DNA of 64,000 nt from Terriglobia bacterium (lineage in GTDB: Bacteria > Acidobacteriota > Terriglobia > 2-12-FULL-54-10): positions 191,076 through 255,075 of the forward strand of contig CBDCTS010000007.1 in NCBI GenBank assembly GCA_965222345.1, read 5' to 3'. Made by a program: the position numbers and the translations under genes. Shown in pieces: positions 20,207 to 30,587 of this stretch; within the stretch, counting starts at the first letter, position 1; each line of letters begins with the position of its first letter. The notes beneath the pieces are model-generated. The model saw only the letters and a program-made list of their open reading frames with translations. It did not search any database and was not told the origin of the DNA.

Positions 20207-21514
20207 ATGTTTATCCTTCTCTCAGCCCTGGTCTTGCTGTTCAGTCTTCTTCTCACGCTGTTCTCCTATGTGAACCGTTTGTACAGCGAAAAAGGCCGCT
20301 TCCTGATTCGCGGTTCCCGGGATAACGTCGATTTCTTTGAGGGCTATGTTGAGCCGAAGCTGAAAGTGGAAATAGAGAAAGCCGGGTTTACTTTCCCGCT
20401 CCTGGTCCGCGTGAACCTCATCGCGCTGGCCATGGTGGTGGCATGGTGGAATCTTTCCGAACCTCTGCACTGGCATATGGCGGCGGAGGCCGGTGTCTTT
20501 CTGGTGCTGGACGTGATGCTTTTTGCGCAGGTGATTCCTCACGTGCTGCTGACCCGCACGCGCGGAAAATGGCTGCTGTCGGCCACGGGGTTGCTGCGAT
20601 TGTGCGTCCTGCTGATCTTCCCCCTGGCTGCGATCAGTCAGTTTCTCTACGGCATTGCCACCTTAGGCAAGGACGCCGAACAGGAAGAAGACAAGCCCTC
20701 TGCCAGCGAGAATATCGAGGCCCTGATTCAGGCGGGCGAGGAAGAAGGGCTACTCGAAGAAGAAGACCGCAAGCTGATTCGGTCCGTTGTAGAGTTCGGA
20801 GACAAAACCGTCCGCGAAGTGATGACTCCGCGCCCGGAGATCTTTGCCGTTCCGGCCGAGACTCTCTTGAATCAGCTCAAGCAAAGGCCTGCGGAGCGGC
20901 GCTTCTCCAGAATCCCCATCTATCAGGGCGACCTGGATCATATCCTCGGATTCATTCACGTGCGGGACCTGCTTCCGCTGAGCGATGAGGAGTTGGCACA
21001 GCATCCCGTCACCAAGTTCCTGCAGCCGGTTTCCTTTGTGCCGGAAACCAAACCCGTTGCGGACCTGCTGAAAGAAATCCAGCAAAAGGCGCAGATTGCC
21101 ATTGTGGTGGACGAATACGGCTCCGTCGCCGGCCTGGCCACGGTGGAGGATATGGTGGAGGAAATCGTAGGAGAGATTCACGAGGAACATGAAGCCCGCG
21201 ACGCTACCCCCCTGGGAAATCGCGCCTACAGCGTCTCCGGAAGCATGGACCTGGACCGTTTGCAGGAACTGTTCGGCGTGCGAGTGGAGGAAACGGGCGG
21301 CGCAACCACGGTCTCCGGCTTGATGACCAATGCGATGGGGCGCGTACCCGCCCAGGGGGAGGTTCTGGAGAAGAATGGCTTGGTGTTCCAAGTGACCGAA
21401 TCGAATGGCCGGCGAGTGCTCCGTCTGTCGATCTCCCATCCGGCAGAGAGCCCTACGGCGACCCCAGTCCCCCAGGGAAATCCCGACCCGAAGAATTCCT
21501 CGGAGATAGCCTAG
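20207..21514 (+). CDS. CNNM/CorC-family transporter-associated protein (DUF21 + CBS pair + CorC_HlyC)
   Basis: N-terminal four-TM DUF21 region, tandem CBS domains and a C-terminal CorC/HlyC transporter-associated domain; 435 aa. Confidence 0.8.
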   Translation: MFILLSALVLLFSLLLTLFSYVNRLYSEKGRFLIRGSRDNVDFFEGYVEPKLKVEIEKAGFTFPLLVRVNLIALAMVVAWWNLSEPLHWHMAAEAGVFLVLDVMLFAQVIPHVLLTRTRGKWLLSATGLLRLCVLLIFPLAAISQFLYGIATLGKDAEQEEDKPSASENIEALIQAGEEEGLLEEEDRKLIRSVVEFGDKTVREVMTPRPEIFAVPAETLLNQLKQRPAERRFSRIPIYQGDLDHILGFIHVRDLLPLSDEELAQHPVTKFLQPVSFVPETKPVADLLKEIQQKAQIAIVVDEYGSVAGLATVEDMVEEIVGEIHEEHEARDATPLGNRAYSVSGSMDLDRLQELFGVRVEETGGATTVSGLMTNAMGRVPAQGEVLEKNGLVFQVTESNGRRVLRLSISHPAESPTATPVPQGNPDPKNSSEIA

Positions 21515-21575
21515 AAGTTCAGCAGCGCCTTCCGGCGCAGGGCCGGTTGGATTGCGGTGAGCCAAGGAACATTGC

Positions 21576-22532
21576 ATGAAACGTCGCAGCGGTTTTGTGA
21601 CCATTTTGGGTCGGGCGAATGCAGGCAAGTCCACGCTGCTGAACGCCCTGGTCGGCTCCAAGATTGCCATTGTCACCAACAAACCGCAGACTACACGAAC
21701 CGCCATTCAAGGAGTTGTCACCTTACCTGAGCCGCGGGCGGCACGGGGCTCTTCACGGCGGACAAAGAAACCAGCGTCGCCGGGAGCCGCCGCCCAGATC
21801 ATTTTTCTGGATACCCCTGGAACTCAGCGATGCGGCTCGCGCTTGGATCAGCAAATGATGCATGAGGTTCGTGCAGCACTGGCAGGCCGCGACCTGCTTT
21901 TGCTTCTGGTCGATGCCGCCCAACGGTTCGGTTCCGGCGACAGGGCCGCCGTAGAAAGAGCGCGCGAAACCGGGGTCCCCTGCTTTCTGCTGCTGAACAA
22001 AATCGACAAGGTGGCGAAAGCCAAACTGCTGCCTCTGATTGACCAATACCGGAAACTGCACGACTTCAAGGAAGTGATTCCCATCTCCGCGTTGAAAGGG
22101 GACAACCTGCCCCTGCTGCTCGACCGGATTGTCGCTTGCCTGCCGGAGGGTCCCCTCTATTTTCCGACGGACCACATCACGGAACAGCCTGTTCGTTTCC
22201 TGGCCGGGGAGATCGTCCGGGAAAAGGTCATTGTTCAGACGCGCCAGGAACTTCCTTACGCCAGTTCCGTCATCGTAGGTACGTTTGAAGAGAAACCGAA
22301 ACTGGTTCATATTGCCGCCGAAATTTTTGTCGAACGCGAAGGGCAGAAGGCCATCCTGATCGGAAAAAAGGGCGAGATACTGAAGCGGGTGGGTAGCCTG
22401 GCGCGGAAAGAGCTGGAATCCATTCTGGGGGAAAAAGTGTTCCTGGACCTTCATGTGAAGGTTCGGGAGAAATGGCGCGACGACTCCAGGTTCCTGCAAG
22501 CATTGGACTGGCGCAGCATGGCTGGCAAGTAA
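21576..22532 (+). CDS. era: GTPase Era
   Basis: G1 GRANAGKSTLLN, G3 DTPG, G4 NKID and a C-terminal KH domain (VEREGQKAILIGKKG). An approx. 24-aa insert lies between G2 and G3. Confidence 0.9.
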   Translation: MKRRSGFVTILGRANAGKSTLLNALVGSKIAIVTNKPQTTRTAIQGVVTLPEPRAARGSSRRTKKPASPGAAAQIIFLDTPGTQRCGSRLDQQMMHEVRAALAGRDLLLLLVDAAQRFGSGDRAAVERARETGVPCFLLLNKIDKVAKAKLLPLIDQYRKLHDFKEVIPISALKGDNLPLLLDRIVACLPEGPLYFPTDHITEQPVRFLAGEIVREKVIVQTRQELPYASSVIVGTFEEKPKLVHIAAEIFVEREGQKAILIGKKGEILKRVGSLARKELESILGEKVFLDLHVKVREKWRDDSRFLQALDWRSMAGK

Positions 22533-22630
22533 GCCCGCTCGGTAAGCTTGCAGCCTGCCCGGAGCCTGTCGAAGGGACAGGCCATAGCAGGAAGTAATTT
22601 CCAGCAATTTATTAGAGGAGTGCACGTCAT

Positions 22631-23470
22631 ATGTATTATGGAGTGACCCTGACTGGTGTCGGACCGATGGCCGACCCGGAAATTTTGCGGCGCACGGCGC
22701 GTAAAGCCGATCAACTGGGCTTTCGCTCGTTGTGGATTTACGAGCATACCGCCTTCCCCACGGCAATTCCCGAAAGCTATGGCAAGATTCCGTTCAGTCC
22801 CGAGATGTCTTTTCTGGAGCCGATCACTACGCTGGCCTATCTGGCCGCCGAGACGACCCAAATCCGGCTGGGAACCGGCATCCTGCTGGTGGCCCTACGG
22901 CATCCCCTGCAGGTGGCCAAGGCCATCTCAACGCTCGATGTCTTTTCCGGCGGACGCGCCATGCTGGGAGTGGGGCTGGGATGGCTGGCGGAAGAGTATC
23001 AGGCTCTGGGAGTACCTTTCGGACAACGTGTGGGGCGAGTCCGCGAATCGGTCGAGGTACTGCGAAAGATTTGGACCACGGGGAAGCTCCGGCACCAGGG
23101 GCGCTACTACCCCTTCTCCGAAGTCACTTCCTACCCGCTGCCGGTCCAGACAGGCGGACCGCCCATCTGGTTTGGAGGTTTCGCCGAGCCGGCCCTGAAG
23201 CGCGCCGTGGAGCTAGGTGACGGCTGGCTGGGAACCGGAGGGCGTTTGGATAAGGTCTGCCTCAAGATCAGTATGGTAAGACAGCAGGCGCAGGAATCGG
23301 GCAAAGAGGGTTTCCAGATTGCCGTGAGCGCGAGTCCCGAGGTCAGCCGGGAAGAAGTGGATCAGCTCCGCCAGGCAGGCGCAGACCAGATCAATCTCTC
23401 GTTCCTGTCCGGAGAGGCTTCCGAGATTGAAAACCTCATGGAAGCGGCGGCCCGCAGGCTCTTCAAGTAA
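22631..23470 (+). CDS. LLM-class flavin/F420-dependent oxidoreductase
   Basis: Luciferase-like TIM-barrel features (GRAMLGVGLGW, EEYQALG); 279 aa. Confidence 0.7.
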   Translation: MYYGVTLTGVGPMADPEILRRTARKADQLGFRSLWIYEHTAFPTAIPESYGKIPFSPEMSFLEPITTLAYLAAETTQIRLGTGILLVALRHPLQVAKAISTLDVFSGGRAMLGVGLGWLAEEYQALGVPFGQRVGRVRESVEVLRKIWTTGKLRHQGRYYPFSEVTSYPLPVQTGGPPIWFGGFAEPALKRAVELGDGWLGTGGRLDKVCLKISMVRQQAQESGKEGFQIAVSASPEVSREEVDQLRQAGADQINLSFLSGEASEIENLMEAAARRLFK

Positions 23471-23557
23471 TCGATGCAGCCCGGAAGTATCTGCTCCTGC
23501 TCGAAGCTCCGCAAGCGCGGGTCACGGAAAACAAACCCGGACAGTCTGAAAACGGCG

Positions 23558-24913
23558 TCAGTTATTCAGAGTAATTCCCAGGGTTTTCATCTTGCGGTAG
23601 AGGTGGGTTCGCTCCAGTCCCAGCAGTTCCGCCGTGCGGCTGACGTTGCCTTTGTTTTCTTCTAGCTTCCGTAGGATAAAATCTTTTTCATAAGCGGCGC
23701 GGGCCTGTTGCAAGGTGGAAGCCTCCGTCAGCGCCCCGCGCCGGGTATTGTCCCGGTACAACAGAGAGGGCAAATCTTTTTTCTGAATCAGCGGCTGAGA
23801 ATTCATGATGACAATCCGCTCGATGAGGTTTTTCAATTCTCGAATGTTACCCGGCCAACTGTAGGCTGTCAGGACCTTCAGAGCTTCCGGAGCAAGCTGT
23901 TTTGGTTTGCGGCCATAGCTCGAACAAAATTCCCGCAAAAAATGCTCTGCCAGCAGAGGCACGTCTTCCACGCGCTCCCGTAAAGGCGGAACCACGAAGG
24001 GCACCACATTCAAACGGTAAAAAAGGTCTTCGCGGAAGTTGCCCCGGGCAATTTCCTCCTCCAAGTCTTTGTTTGTGGCGGCGATCACGCGCACATCCAC
24101 GTTGACGCTGGTGGCGGCTCCCACCGGCTCGAAGCGCTGCTCTTGCAGGGCCCGCAGAACCTTGGATTGGGTCTTGAGGCTCATGTCGCCCACTTCATCC
24201 AGGAACAACGTTCCGCAGTCGGCTTTCTGAAACTTTCCTACCTTATTTTCGAGCGCCCCGGTGAAGCTTCCCTTGACATGTCCGAACAATTCGCTCTCAA
24301 TCAACTCTTCGGGAATGGCGGCGCAGTTGAGCTCCACAAAAGGGCGCTTGGCCCGGAGGCTTTGCGCATGCAGGGCGTGCGCCACCAGTTCCTTGCCGGT
24401 CCCGCTCTCCCCGTAGATCAGCACGCGGCCATTGGTGGGAGCCATCAGAGCCATCTGTTGCCGCAACGCCTTCACCGGCACGCTTTCGCCGATGATGCGG
24501 TAACGGACCTCCAGTTGGTCACGGAGCCGGCGATTCTCTTCCAGCAACGTCTGGTGCTCCAGAGCATTCTTCACCACAACCAGAGTCCGCTCGATGGAGA
24601 GCGGTTTCTCTAAAAAATCAAAAGCTCCCAGTTTGGTGGCGCGCACGGCCGTTTCCACCGTGCCATGGCCGGAGATCATCACGACCACCGTCTCCGGATG
24701 CGTTTCCTGAAGCCGGCGCAACACCTCCAATCCGTCCATCCCGCGCATCCAGACATCGAGCAACACGATGTGAAAACGGTCTGCTTCCATAGCCCGCAGA
24801 CATTCCTCACCCGTCGCCACGGCCAGCACGCGATACCCTTCGTCCTGGAGAACAGCCGAAAGGGATTGCCGAATCCCCTGCTCATCGTCTACTAAAAGGA
24901 GTTGTCCTTTCAT
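23558..24913 (-). CDS. sigma-54-dependent response regulator (NtrX/NtrC family)
   Basis: Receiver domain (LLVDDEQGIR...D), AAA+ sigma-54 activator domain with GESGTGKE and the GAFTGA-like FTGA motif, and a C-terminal Fis-type HTH. Confidence 0.85.
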   Translation of the reverse strand: MKGQLLLVDDEQGIRQSLSAVLQDEGYRVLAVATGEECLRAMEADRFHIVLLDVWMRGMDGLEVLRRLQETHPETVVVMISGHGTVETAVRATKLGAFDFLEKPLSIERTLVVVKNALEHQTLLEENRRLRDQLEVRYRIIGESVPVKALRQQMALMAPTNGRVLIYGESGTGKELVAHALHAQSLRAKRPFVELNCAAIPEELIESELFGHVKGSFTGALENKVGKFQKADCGTLFLDEVGDMSLKTQSKVLRALQEQRFEPVGAATSVNVDVRVIAATNKDLEEEIARGNFREDLFYRLNVVPFVVPPLRERVEDVPLLAEHFLREFCSSYGRKPKQLAPEALKVLTAYSWPGNIRELKNLIERIVIMNSQPLIQKKDLPSLLYRDNTRRGALTEASTLQQARAAYEKDFILRKLEENKGNVSRTAELLGLERTHLYRKMKTLGITLNN

Positions 24914-24966
24914 GGCAAGCGAATATCTGATGGCCGGAGAGCTTGGGTTTCTGGAATGATGCCCCG

Positions 24967-27174
24967 CTAGGCTGCCAGAATCGGCAGCTCAATGACGAAC
25001 CGTGCTCCCACAGGCTGGTTCTCTTCCACCCGGATGACGCCTCCGTGCTCGGTGACGATCCGGCTGACGATTGCCAGTCCAAGACCCGTTCCGCGATCCT
25101 TGGTGGAGAAATAGGGCAAAAACAGTTTCTCTCTTTCCTCCAGCGTCACCCCCGGGCCGGTGTCCGAAATCATTACTTCCACAATCTCCCGCTGCGAATC
25201 GGTTCGCGTAGAAACCATCAGATGGCGCACCAGGGAGTCCTCCATCGCCTCGGCTGCATTGTCGATCAAATTGACAAAAACACGCCGGAAGTGGTTGGCA
25301 TCCACTTGAACCATAGGCAGGTCTGTAGCCAGGCTGGTCTGGATACTGATTCCATTCAGGCGTCCGTCGAACAGGCCGATAGCGCTTTTCACTATCTGGT
25401 TCAGGTCGGCCGGGGCCGGGTGCGCTTTGGGAAACTGGGCAAATTGGGAAAAGGTATCCACCAGATGCCTCAGATTTTCCACCTCTTGGTCGATCAGGGA
25501 ACAGGACTCCTGGATTACCTGGCTGAACTCCGGGGAGTTTTCCCTGGATTGAGGAGGCCGCTTCAGCCACAGGTTGATTCGCTCGGCTGAAAGCGCAATC
25601 GGCGTAAGCGGATTCTTGATCTCGTGGGCAATGCGCTGAGCCACTTCGCCCCATGCCGCCTCTTTCTGGGCCCGCAGCAGATCGCTCAGGTCCTCCAGTA
25701 CGACCACAAACCAGCTTGTGTCCGTCCCGTCCCGGCTGGAGCCGGGAGGCTCCCCGAGGGCTGCAACCGTGACGGCCAGTTGCCTGGCACGGCCATTGAG
25801 CTTGAGCTCCAACTGGCGCGACGCCTGCCCCACTCGCGCCGCCCGTTTCATGAGGTGGTTCAACTCCCGCATGTCCTCCGCAGAAAACAGCTTCGCCAGG
25901 TGGCTGGCCGACCCCGGGTCGCGGTCGAACAGACGGCGCGCGGCCGGGTTACTTCCGAGCACCGTCCCTTCCCTGGAAACGGAGATCACGCCCGTTGGAA
26001 TGCTCTCCAAAATCGCCTCCGTGAAGCGGCTTCTCTGGTCCAACTGCGTGTTCACCTGTTCCAGTTCTGCACGTCCCGCGGCGAGCTGTCCCGTCATCTC
26101 GTTGAATGACCGGACCAGAATACCCAGCTCGTCGGCGGCCTTTGCGCGCACACGGTGAAGCAGGTTGCCGCGCGAGACTTCACGGGTCGCTTCAGCAAGG
26201 GCCTGAATGGGAACCGTGACCTGGCGAGACAGGAAGAGGGCAAACCATGTGGCAATGAACAAAATCAGGAGCGTGAGAAGGAACAGGATGGAAATGTATG
26301 TCTGGCGAAGGGACTTTCGCTCCTGGCTGAGTTCTTCATAGAGGACGCTTTCCTGGCGCAAGCGGGCCGTGCTTTCCGAAAATTGCGCGGGCATCCCCAT
26401 CCCCACCACAATCACACCGGTCTCCTCCGCGCCGATCTGCAGGGGCGCCTGCGCCAGCACATAGCTCTGCGTGCCGAATTCGGCGAGCAGGGAACGAGCA
26501 CCTCCGCTTGCCGACTGCTCCCCGGTCGGAAATGCAGCGGACAGGTCCGGCAACTCCTGCCGCAAGTTGCGTTCCAGCAGCCGCTCTCCAGCCCCATTGA
26601 TCACCGCAAGATAATCAACTCCCTCGGGCGGGCGGAGCGTCTGAAATTTTTGTTCGAGCCCGCCCGGCTTATCCGTGCCGGCAGCCCCCGCCGTTTCCAA
26701 CTCCAACGCCAGCATCCTGGCATCCGCTTCGGCCCGTCTCCGGGCAAATTGCTCCAGCCCATCCACTATGGCGTTTGCCTCCAAACCGACCGCCTCCAGG
26801 GGACGGCTAAACCATTTGTCCAGGGTGCGGTTGATCAGACTATAGGAAAACAGGAACAGGAAGCAGACCGGCAACAGCGACAAACCCAGCGCACCGCACA
26901 CCATCTTCGTTTTGAACTTGGAACCCAGCTGGTTTGACCGCCGCTCGATATAAAGCTTCAGGATGCTTCGGAACAGAATGAATCCGAGGATCACCAGGCT
27001 AAGGAAAATGATGGTGGATAAAACGAACAGCAGAATCGTCTGCACGGAGTCGCTGGGGCTGATAAAGGGGAGGTTCAGCGACGTCAGTCCGAAAAGACTG
27101 ACCAGCAGCACCAACAGCACGATGCTTGCAGCAATGATGAAGCCCGGTCGCATCCTTAGGTCGGGCATCTTCAT
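24967..27174 (-). CDS. sensor histidine kinase (NtrY-like: TM-HAMP-PAS-HisKA-HATPase)
   Basis: N-terminal TM helices, HAMP, PAS region, H-box (RIAHEIKNPLTPI) and N/G boxes (DNAAEAM, DTGPGV, GTGLGLAIV). Lies directly upstream of the cognate regulator. Confidence 0.8.
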   Translation of the reverse strand: MKMPDLRMRPGFIIAASIVLLVLLVSLFGLTSLNLPFISPSDSVQTILLFVLSTIIFLSLVILGFILFRSILKLYIERRSNQLGSKFKTKMVCGALGLSLLPVCFLFLFSYSLINRTLDKWFSRPLEAVGLEANAIVDGLEQFARRRAEADARMLALELETAGAAGTDKPGGLEQKFQTLRPPEGVDYLAVINGAGERLLERNLRQELPDLSAAFPTGEQSASGGARSLLAEFGTQSYVLAQAPLQIGAEETGVIVVGMGMPAQFSESTARLRQESVLYEELSQERKSLRQTYISILFLLTLLILFIATWFALFLSRQVTVPIQALAEATREVSRGNLLHRVRAKAADELGILVRSFNEMTGQLAAGRAELEQVNTQLDQRSRFTEAILESIPTGVISVSREGTVLGSNPAARRLFDRDPGSASHLAKLFSAEDMRELNHLMKRAARVGQASRQLELKLNGRARQLAVTVAALGEPPGSSRDGTDTSWFVVVLEDLSDLLRAQKEAAWGEVAQRIAHEIKNPLTPIALSAERINLWLKRPPQSRENSPEFSQVIQESCSLIDQEVENLRHLVDTFSQFAQFPKAHPAPADLNQIVKSAIGLFDGRLNGISIQTSLATDLPMVQVDANHFRRVFVNLIDNAAEAMEDSLVRHLMVSTRTDSQREIVEVMISDTGPGVTLEEREKLFLPYFSTKDRGTGLGLAIVSRIVTEHGGVIRVEENQPVGARFVIELPILAA

Positions 27175-27308
27175 CCTCCTTCCGAACGGCAACCCAGTAT
27201 AGCATGGCGGCGGAAGCCGCCGGGAATGCGGCGGGTTCGGCAAACAACCGCAAAGAAGATGTCCCATCCCGGAGGCACTCTGCTATACTCCGGTTGCTCT
27301 GTAAACTG

Positions 27309-28250
27309 ATGAATTTCTCTCACTCGTCCGCCGCCCGGCATCTTGGCAACCGTCTTCTCTACACGCTGCCCGTCATTTTTATCGTCATCACTCTGGTTTT
27401 CTTTTTGATTCACCTGGTTCCGGGAGACCCAGTCCAACAGATGCTGGGAGAAGGAGCGCGGGCGGGCGACGTGGAGCAGATGCGGCGCGCCTTGGGCCTG
27501 GACCTGCCCCTTTCGGTGCAGTACAGGAATTATTTGGCGGGGCTGTTGAAGGGAGACCTCGGCGCCTCCATCCGCTTCAGCTCCCCCGTCTCGGGAATCA
27601 TCCTGACGCGCTACCCGGCTACGATGGAGCTGACGGTAGCGGCCTTGTTGGTGGCTCTGTTGTTTTCGATCCCCGCCGGAGTCGTCTCCGCCGTGAATCG
27701 AGGCAAATGGCGCGACCGCCTGCTGGGATTCGTCTCTCTGCTGGGGCTCTCAGTCCCCAACTTCGCCTTGGGCCCGGTGCTCATTCTGATCTTCGCTCTG
27801 CAGTTCAACTGGCTGCCGGTCTCGGGCCGGGGGGCGCTGGCGCACCTCATCCTTCCCGCGCTGACTCTGGGCACTGCGATGGCGGCGATTCTCACCCGGA
27901 TGGTGCGCACCTCCGTGCTGGAACAACTCGGCCAGGACTACGTGCGAACCGCTCGGGCCAAGGGCCTGCCCGAGCGGGCGGTCCTCTACAAACACACCTT
28001 GCGCAACGGGTTGATTCCGGTGATAACGCTGGTCGGTCTGCAATTCGGAGCCCTGCTGACCGGCGCCATGGTCACGGAAACGATCTTCTCCTGGCCGGGC
28101 ATCGGACGGCTGACTCTGGAAGCTATCCAGGCACGCGACTATCCGCTGGTGCAAGGATGTTTTCTCGCCATATCGGTCACCTATATTGCGGTGAATTTAC
28201 TGACCGATATGGTGTACACCTTGGTGGACCCCCGCATCCGCCAAAGTTAA
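27309..28250 (+). CDS. ABC transporter permease (DppB/OppB family)
   Basis: Six TM segments, an EAA-like motif region and the conserved N-terminus LYTLPVIFIVITLVF; start set at the internal Met. Confidence 0.8.
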   Translation: MNFSHSSAARHLGNRLLYTLPVIFIVITLVFFLIHLVPGDPVQQMLGEGARAGDVEQMRRALGLDLPLSVQYRNYLAGLLKGDLGASIRFSSPVSGIILTRYPATMELTVAALLVALLFSIPAGVVSAVNRGKWRDRLLGFVSLLGLSVPNFALGPVLILIFALQFNWLPVSGRGALAHLILPALTLGTAMAAILTRMVRTSVLEQLGQDYVRTARAKGLPERAVLYKHTLRNGLIPVITLVGLQFGALLTGAMVTETIFSWPGIGRLTLEAIQARDYPLVQGCFLAISVTYIAVNLLTDMVYTLVDPRIRQS

Positions 28251-28295
28251 CGTTATTTCTGGACGATATTGAAGTCATTTTGAAAGACAAGAACC

Positions 28296-29117
28296 ATGGT
28301 CCGCAATCCACTGACCCTGTTTAGCCTTGCCATTATCGGGCTGCTGCTGCTGTGCGGCCTGGCGGCTCCTGAGATTGCTCCCCAGGACCCCTCGGCGCAG
28401 GAGCTTCCCAGCCGCTTGATGGGACCGGGGAGCGGGCATTGGTTGGGAACCGACGAATTGGGCCGGGATGTGCTCTCGCGGATTATCTATGGCGCTCGCA
28501 TCTCGCTGCAGGTGGGGATCAGCGTGGTTGTAGTCTCACTGCTGGTCGGCTCGCTGATCGGATCGCTGGCTGGGTTTTACGGTGGGATGCTCGACCGCTT
28601 TATCAATGTGATTGTCATCAATTCACTTCTGGCTTTTCCCGGTGTCTTGTTAGCTCTGGCATTTGTCGCTTTTCTCGGCCCTGGAATCTGGAAACTTGTG
28701 ATCGCGCTTTCGCTCGGCGGATGGATCGGATACGCGCGGTTGATTCGCGGCGAAATCCTGAAGGAAAAAGAGCTTGACTATGTGCAGGCGGCCCGCGCTC
28801 TGGGGGAGCCGGACTGGCGGCTGTTGATCTTCCATATCTGGCCGAACGTCGTCTCGCCGATCATCATCCAGGCGGCCATCGGCCTGGGGGGAGCTATTCT
28901 CGCTGAGGCTACGCTGAGCTTTCTCGGCTTGGGTGTTCCTCCTCCCGCGCCCAGTTGGGGAACCATGCTCAATGACGGCCGCGCCCATATCTTCGATGCT
29001 CCGCACCTGATCGTCTTCCCTGCCCTGGCCGTGATGCTGGCTATCCTGGCCTGCAATTTCCTGGGAGATGCTCTCCGCGACCACCTGGACCCAAGATTGA
29101 AGAACGAATTTCGGTGA
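28296..29117 (+). CDS. ABC transporter permease (DppC/OppC family)
   Basis: Typical OppC N-terminus with periplasmic loop and permease core; 273 aa. Confidence 0.8.
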   Translation: MVRNPLTLFSLAIIGLLLLCGLAAPEIAPQDPSAQELPSRLMGPGSGHWLGTDELGRDVLSRIIYGARISLQVGISVVVVSLLVGSLIGSLAGFYGGMLDRFINVIVINSLLAFPGVLLALAFVAFLGPGIWKLVIALSLGGWIGYARLIRGEILKEKELDYVQAARALGEPDWRLLIFHIWPNVVSPIIIQAAIGLGGAILAEATLSFLGLGVPPPAPSWGTMLNDGRAHIFDAPHLIVFPALAVMLAILACNFLGDALRDHLDPRLKNEFR

Positions 29118-29186
29118 AGGGCTGCGCAAAAAAATTCGAGCCGCGGCCCCGCGAAAGGCAAGTCTGAATACCGAAGAAACCGATCA

Positions 29187-30587
29187 CTAGCTGAAATACC
29201 GCACGGTGGTGGCCACCAGGAAGGTTACCAGGAAGGCAAACGCGAGAGGCATCAGCGCTCCAACCGTCGTCCACTTGCGGCTGCGGGTTTCTTTCCATAT
29301 TGTCAAGATGGTGGTGGCACAGGGGCTGTGCAGAAGCGAGAACAGCATCAGGCAGACGGCCGTCAACAGCGTCCAGCCATGCTGGTCAATTAACAAGGTC
29401 CGCAACTGATCGAAGGATACAAGATCGGTCATCTGGCCGACGCCCATATAAACCATCAGCATCGTCGGCACCACAATCTCGTTGGCGGGAATCGCAATCA
29501 CATAAGCCAGCAGAATCACGCCGTCGAGGCCGAGCGCCAGCCCGAAGGGGTCCAGAAAGCTGGCGGCGTGCTGAGCCAGGTTCGTGCCGCCGACAGAGAT
29601 GTTGCCCAAAATCCAGATCACGCCCCCGGCAGGCGCCGCCGTCAGCATGGCCCTGCCCATGACGAAGATCGTGCGGTCGATTAACGAAGTGTAGAGAATG
29701 CGCAGGATGCTGGGACGCCGGTAGGGAGGCAGCTCCAGCGTGAAGGCGGATGCTTCCCCTTGAAGAACTGTGCGGGCCAGCAGCCACGACACAAACAATG
29801 TAAAGCCGACTCCGATCAGCACGATTGCCACCACGGCTCCGGCGGCGGCAACCGAGGCAAAGGCAGCCGGGACCGTGGTGGCAACGAAGATCGTGGCCAG
29901 CATGATGAGGGTGGGGTAGCGGCCGTTGCAGGGAACGAAGTTGTTCGTCAGGATCGCGATCAAACGCTCCCGGGGCGAGTCGATCACCCGTGCCGCGATC
30001 ACGCCGGCGGCGTTGCAGCCAAACCCCATAGCCATCGTCAGCGCTTGCTTGCCGTGCGCGCCTGCTTTGCGGAACAGCCAATCCAGGTTGAAGGCTACCC
30101 GGGGCAGATAACCCAGGTCCTCCAGAATCGTGAACATGGGGAAAAAGATGGCCATCGGCGGCAGCATGACGCTGACTACCCAGGCCAACCCTCGGAAAAC
30201 TCCATGCCACAGAAAACCGGAGACCCACCACGGCACGCCCCATCTCCCGAACAAGTCCGAGGCCTGAGCTTCCACCCAGAAAAACAGATTGGCCAGCGCC
30301 TGGGAGGGATAGTTGGCCCCAATGATGGTGATCCAGAAGATCACCGACAGCACCAGAAGCATTAAGGGGAGGCCGAAAATCGGAGAGGTGACGAGGCGAT
30401 CGATGCGCTGATCGAGGTCCCACTTGCTCTCGCCCCGGTGGCGCACCGCGCGCGCGGCGATGCGTTGCGCCTCCGAATACAGCGAGGCGACCATCTGATC
30501 CCGAAAGCCTTCTCCCAGATCGCGCCGCAGCTCGTCGGCGCGCACCAGCACAGAATGGGGGCCTGGTTCCAACGCTCGATCGCTCAT
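29187..30587 (-). CDS. feoB: ferrous iron transporter FeoB, membrane (C-terminal) portion
   Basis: Polytopic nucleoside-recognition/gate-motif domains typical of the FeoB membrane region. Start ATG overlaps the stop of the upstream G-domain ORF (ATGA). Confidence 0.8.
   Translation of the reverse strand: MSDRALEPGPHSVLVRADELRRDLGEGFRDQMVASLYSEAQRIAARAVRHRGESKWDLDQRIDRLVTSPIFGLPLMLLVLSVIFWITIIGANYPSQALANLFFWVEAQASDLFGRWGVPWWVSGFLWHGVFRGLAWVVSVMLPPMAIFFPMFTILEDLGYLPRVAFNLDWLFRKAGAHGKQALTMAMGFGCNAAGVIAARVIDSPRERLIAILTNNFVPCNGRYPTLIMLATIFVATTVPAAFASVAAAGAVVAIVLIGVGFTLFVSWLLARTVLQGEASAFTLELPPYRRPSILRILYTSLIDRTIFVMGRAMLTAAPAGGVIWILGNISVGGTNLAQHAASFLDPFGLALGLDGVILLAYVIAIPANEIVVPTMLMVYMGVGQMTDLVSFDQLRTLLIDQHGWTLLTAVCLMLFSLLHSPCATTILTIWKETRSRKWTTVGALMPLAFAFLVTFLVATTVRYFS

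Noticed and set aside
20750-22766. 318-aa and 337-aa minus-strand ORFs
   Set aside because: They are antisense to corC and era respectively, with no recognisable domains.
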